DNA of 29,169 nucleotides from a virus (Duplodnaviria; Caudoviricetes): the IMG/VR virus record IMGVR_UViG_3300024253_000047, positions 1 to 29,169 of that record; one strand, given 5' to 3'. Below are positions 26,078 to 29,169 of this stretch, piece after piece. Position 1 is the first letter of the stretch. Each line of letters starts with the position of its first letter. The position numbers and the translations under genes were made by a program. The notes under the pieces were generated by a model. That model saw only the letters and a list, made by a program, of their open reading frames with translations. It was not told where the DNA came from and searched no databases.

Positions 26078-26256
26078 ATACTCTCCTATGTTATAATTTC
26101 TTCAGAAGATTTTTCTCCGTGGGCTGTTTCCGACACAGCTCCTTTTTATATCCAAAATTAATCACCATTCTCTTTTGTGCAAATGTTCCTCCAAATGCAT
26201 TCAAAACATCTGCGCCTTATCCTCATTGCTTATCGTTTTTTATAATCTCTCCTTCC

Positions 26257-27024
26257 TTATGCACCCAATTCACTCTTGTATTTATTTATGAAGTATATTT
26301 GACCTTTAACTGTTACTTTTGGTGTCCTGGTAGTCCTTACACTGCCGTCAGGGTTGTTGATGGTCCTTGTTTTGATCTCGAATAGCTCCAGGTCTAATCC
26401 TCTTTGTGATGGCATGTTATAACTTTCTCCTTTCCGACTTAACAGGTATCCTTCTTTTCTTAGCTTTTCGAAAAGCCGGTTCTGTCCGATATCTATTCCA
26501 TTTTGTCTCAATATCTTGGCCAGATCCCCTATAAGGCAGCTACTATCCGAAACTTCAAGCGCTTCTGCGAATAATACCTTAGGTCTGTTCTTTGCAATCT
26601 GTGATTCTGCAGCAAGCCTCGCTTCTTGTTCTTGCTTGAGATTAGTAGCCAGTTGGATCAGAAAGTCCGGATTAGTCAGCGCCTTTTCAATCATTGTTTC
26701 AGTCATGTACGCTCCATGTTTTCTTATAGCTGGCAAAACTTCGTCGAATATCCAGCTTTCAAATTTCGGAGCTTCGGGAAGTTCTGACTTGGCCGCCAAT
26801 CTGTAAATATCTCCCTCAGGCAAAACATTCATTTTCTGAATTCCACTTGTGGTAGGGACTGCGTGTTTCACGTACCCCCTGCAATGTCTTGTTATTGCAT
26901 CATTCGGGTTTTTATATCCTAAGGCCCTAGCAATATCTATTCCGACAGAATAATCTTTGCCTTCGATATTCACCCATCGAACTTCTCCAAACTCTGAACT
27001 TCTAAAAACCTGTAAATCATCCAT
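26257..27024 (-). CDS. Antirepressor (BRO-N plus KilAC/ANT domain)
   Basis: FGEVR...DIARALGY.NP..AI..HC; WIFDEVLPAIRKHGAY; PKVLFA, IGQNRLFEKLR, TPKVTVKGQIYF. Confidence 0.93.
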   Translation of the reverse strand: MDDLQVFRSSEFGEVRWVNIEGKDYSVGIDIARALGYKNPNDAITRHCRGYVKHAVPTTSGIQKMNVLPEGDIYRLAAKSELPEAPKFESWIFDEVLPAIRKHGAYMTETMIEKALTNPDFLIQLATNLKQEQEARLAAESQIAKNRPKVLFAEALEVSDSSCLIGDLAKILRQNGIDIGQNRLFEKLRKEGYLLSRKGESYNMPSQRGLDLELFEIKTRTINNPDGSVRTTRTPKVTVKGQIYFINKYKSELGA

Positions 27025-27039
27025 TTTCTTCCCAACCTT

Positions 27040-27285
27040 TCAGTTTTTGTTGTTATCCCTCAACTTTTTAGTTAAAAAAACATCTGGCTTTATATCATAT
27101 TCATCGCAGATTTTCTCTATCTGATCCCATGTGAAATGCAAATATCCGTTAATCTTCTGGTTAAGTGTTACAGGGCTAATACCAAGCAGCTTAGCCACTT
27201 CCTTCTGCCTTATATTATGCTCTACAAGAAACCCTCTAAAGCCGTTATGGGGCTGATGCTTTAAATTTGCTTTTTCCTTTTTCAT
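27040..27285 (-). CDS. Cro-like XRE HTH regulator
   Basis: IRQKEVAKLLGISPVTLNQKING; divergent from the repressor. Confidence 0.85.
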   Translation of the reverse strand: MKKEKANLKHQPHNGFRGFLVEHNIRQKEVAKLLGISPVTLNQKINGYLHFTWDQIEKICDEYDIKPDVFLTKKLRDNNKN

Positions 27286-27303
27286 ACACTCTCCTCCTCG
27301 CCT

Positions 27304-27321
27304 TGTTGCTTTTGCTCAACA
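27304..27321. promoter_or_regulatory. Putative operator TGTTG-N8-CAACA
   Basis: Perfect inverted half-sites at the predicted lytic start site; related copies at 27048-27065 and 27382-27399. Confidence 0.55.
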
Positions 27322-27323
27322 TT

Positions 27324-27352
27324 ATGATACTGCTAATTAAATAGCCTGTCAA
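27324..27352 (-). promoter_or_regulatory. Lytic (cro) sigma-A promoter
   Basis: TTGACA (27347-27352) - 17 nt - TATCAT (27324-27329). Confidence 0.75.
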
Positions 27353-27383
27353 CAACTTTTGTTGCTGCAATTTTAAATTTATG

Positions 27384-27411
27384 TTGCACTTACGTAATTT
27401 TTAGTTATAAT
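27384..27411 (+). promoter_or_regulatory. Repressor/integrase promoter
   Basis: TTGCAC (27384-27389) - 16 nt - TATAAT (27406-27411); RBS GGAGGTG downstream. Confidence 0.65.
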
Positions 27412-27444
27412 GTAAGTATATACAAGTTTTTGGAGGTGTAAAAA

Positions 27445-28080
27445 ATGAATAGTACTTTTGGCAATAGGCTGAAGGAATTAAGAAAAGAAAACGACTTAAC
27501 CATGGACGAATTTGTAGATGCGATTAATTCCAAGTACCCTGAGTTAAACCTGAAGAAATCAATGATATCCCGGTATGAAAACAATATACACACGCCTAAG
27601 CAGTTTATTATTATTGAGGATATGGCTGAGTTCTTCGGGGTCAACATCAATTATATGACTGGAAAATCTGATGATAAATACGGTGAAAACATACTCTATA
27701 AAGAAATCCCAATATTAGGCACCATAGCTGCCGGAATGCCTATACTAGCTCAGGAAGACATATTAGGCCATGAATATATAAGACCAAACGAACATATAGA
27801 TTTTTGCCTGAAGGTCAAAGGAGACAGCATGATCGGGGCCAGAATATATGATGGCGATATAGTGTTTATACACGCCCAACCAGAAGTTGAAAACGGCGAA
27901 ATAGCCGCAGTCCAGATCGAAAACGAAGAAGCCACTCTTAAGCGAGTCTATAAGGTTGAAGGCAGCCTAATTCTTCACGCAGAAAACCCTATGTATAAAG
28001 ACCAAGTTATAAGCAAAAAGGATCGAAAAGATGTTACTATACTTGGAAAGGCGGTAATGTTTAAAAGTGAGGTGAGATAA
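27445..28080 (+). CDS. CI/LexA-like repressor (XRE HTH plus S24 autopeptidase)
   Basis: FGNRLKELRK...MISRYEN HTH; Ala-Gly site IAAGMP; catalytic Ser (KGDSM) and Lys (ATLKR). Confidence 0.93.
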   Translation: MNSTFGNRLKELRKENDLTMDEFVDAINSKYPELNLKKSMISRYENNIHTPKQFIIIEDMAEFFGVNINYMTGKSDDKYGENILYKEIPILGTIAAGMPILAQEDILGHEYIRPNEHIDFCLKVKGDSMIGARIYDGDIVFIHAQPEVENGEIAAVQIENEEATLKRVYKVEGSLILHAENPMYKDQVISKKDRKDVTILGKAVMFKSEVR

Positions 28081-29169
28081 ATGGGAAAAATTAAACAGAA
28101 TCCAAACGGAACATGGACAACAATAGTATATCTTGGACGAGAGGGCGACAAATGCATAAGAAAGAGCGTTACAGCTGATACTAAGGGTCAGTGCAAAGTT
28201 GATGCAGCTGAGCTTGAGCGCAAGTATAAATTAGGCCAGGCAAACCATTATAGCAGCATGAAACTTTCTGAATATATGGATATGTGGCTTCATGACAATA
28301 GAGGGCTGTTTTCTCCTACAACCTTGAGAACTTACAAACTGTATGTTAGAGCTCATTTCAAGCCTTATTTTAAATCTATAAAAGTAGATAAGGTGACTGA
28401 TGCAATGATTAAAAGATACCTATCTGACAAATTAGAAGAACTCTCACCTACTACAGTTCGAAAGCACTTTTTTACACTATCAAGGATGCTCGGCGATGCA
28501 CTCAAAGGCGCTAATCCATGCTTAGGTATCAAGCCTCCTCAGAACGCCCCTTTCAAACCCACAGTGCCAACAGAAGAGGATTTTAACAGAATATATCAAA
28601 CCTTTAAGTCTATAAGTAACGAGGACGAGGCAATAATCCTACTGGCGGGATGGTGCGGATTGCGCCGGGGTGAAATATTCGCCTTGAAGTGGGATGATAT
28701 AAACAGTCAAGAAAGTACTATTCGAATTGATGAGGCCATGGCATTGGAAGAGGACGGATATGACTTTACAGAAAAAGACCCGAAGAGCAGAAATGGTATC
28801 AGGACAATAGCGGTACCAGAGTATCTGATTACACTCTTGGAAGATGTTAAGAAAAACAGGCACAAATTTAGAAGGTGCAAAAAGTATGGGAAAACTCTTC
28901 CTGACATATCCCATCTTGTGTTTCAACAAGACCCCCATAGCTTCACAAAAAAGTACTTCAGAATCATTGATGAACAGAAACTCCCGAGGGTACGATTTCA
29001 CGATCTCCGACATTACCATGCAAGTCTTATGTATAAAAATAATGTTCCGGATCAATATGCAGCCGGCAGGCTTGGACATGATGTGTGGGTACTGAAAAAG
29101 GTTTATCAGCACTTAGGGCTAAAAGAAACTAAAGAGCTCGATGAGAAGATCAAAGATATGTTTAAATAA
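28081..29169 (+). CDS. int: Tyrosine recombinase (phage integrase)
   Basis: Catalytic R (GLRRGEI), K (DPKS), HxxR (HDLRH), H (LGH), Y (KVYQH); N-terminal arm-binding and SAM-like regions. Confidence 0.95.
   Translation: MGKIKQNPNGTWTTIVYLGREGDKCIRKSVTADTKGQCKVDAAELERKYKLGQANHYSSMKLSEYMDMWLHDNRGLFSPTTLRTYKLYVRAHFKPYFKSIKVDKVTDAMIKRYLSDKLEELSPTTVRKHFFTLSRMLGDALKGANPCLGIKPPQNAPFKPTVPTEEDFNRIYQTFKSISNEDEAIILLAGWCGLRRGEIFALKWDDINSQESTIRIDEAMALEEDGYDFTEKDPKSRNGIRTIAVPEYLITLLEDVKKNRHKFRRCKKYGKTLPDISHLVFQQDPHSFTKKYFRIIDEQKLPRVRFHDLRHYHASLMYKNNVPDQYAAGRLGHDVWVLKKVYQHLGLKETKELDEKIKDMFK

Larger units (their letters stand above)
1..29169. mobile_element. Temperate siphovirus prophage (HK97-type head, non-contractile tail); ends/att sites probably just outside the window
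   Basis: Modular gene order from integrase-repressor through replication, packaging, head and tail to lysis; almost all genes on - strand. Confidence 0.95.

Noticed and set aside
26158-26226. 22-aa Cys-containing ORF MRIRRRCFECIWRNICTKENGD
   Set aside because: The nearest RBS is more than 20 nt upstream and the ORF is too short to support without conservation data.
475-26806. Many + strand ORFs of 60-207 aa (e.g. 7514..8020, 11420..11905, 11997..12500, 19116..19739)
   Set aside because: Antisense shadows of well-supported minus-strand genes, with no recognisable motifs.
27405-29112. Minus-strand ORFs 27405..27650, 27750..27935, 27975..28157, 28639..29112, 28707..28907
   Set aside because: Antisense to the repressor and integrase; no independent support.
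1-29169. attL/attR, tRNA and rRNA genes
   Set aside because: None recognised by eye; the window ends at the integrase stop, so att sites cannot be paired.

Overview
The window is a compact, apparently near-complete temperate siphovirus prophage of a Bacillota (probably Clostridia-like) host. Right to left it carries: lysogeny (tyrosine integrase and CI/LexA-like repressor on +; Cro-like and BRO/KilAC antirepressor on -), recombination/replication (YqaJ exonuclease, RecT, initiator, G39P-like loader, SSB), a late activator, an HNH packaging nuclease, a cos-like region, a ParB-DNA methyltransferase, an accessory hotspot, HK97-type head genes, a non-contractile tail module and a lysis module interrupted by a free-standing NUMOD4-HNH gene. 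att sites were not found inside the window. The most unusual feature is an AT-rich island (about 16687-18269) of three co-oriented genes of unknown function. It is bounded by a 10-bp direct repeat (ATTCGCAATA), and the genes are separated by related, imperfect palindromes (TTCGCA...TGCGAA family). A candidate promoter lies at one end and a terminator at the other, which resembles an integron-like or Xer/dif-like cassette array inside a phage. Other signals are a canonical -1 frameshift in the tail chaperone, a predicted ~45-nt antisense RNA upstream of the recombination genes, a hairpin-rich late leader followed by six internal terminators, DnaA boxes, and a frameshifted Cys-rich gene. All protein calls come from motif recognition and gene order; no database searches were run.
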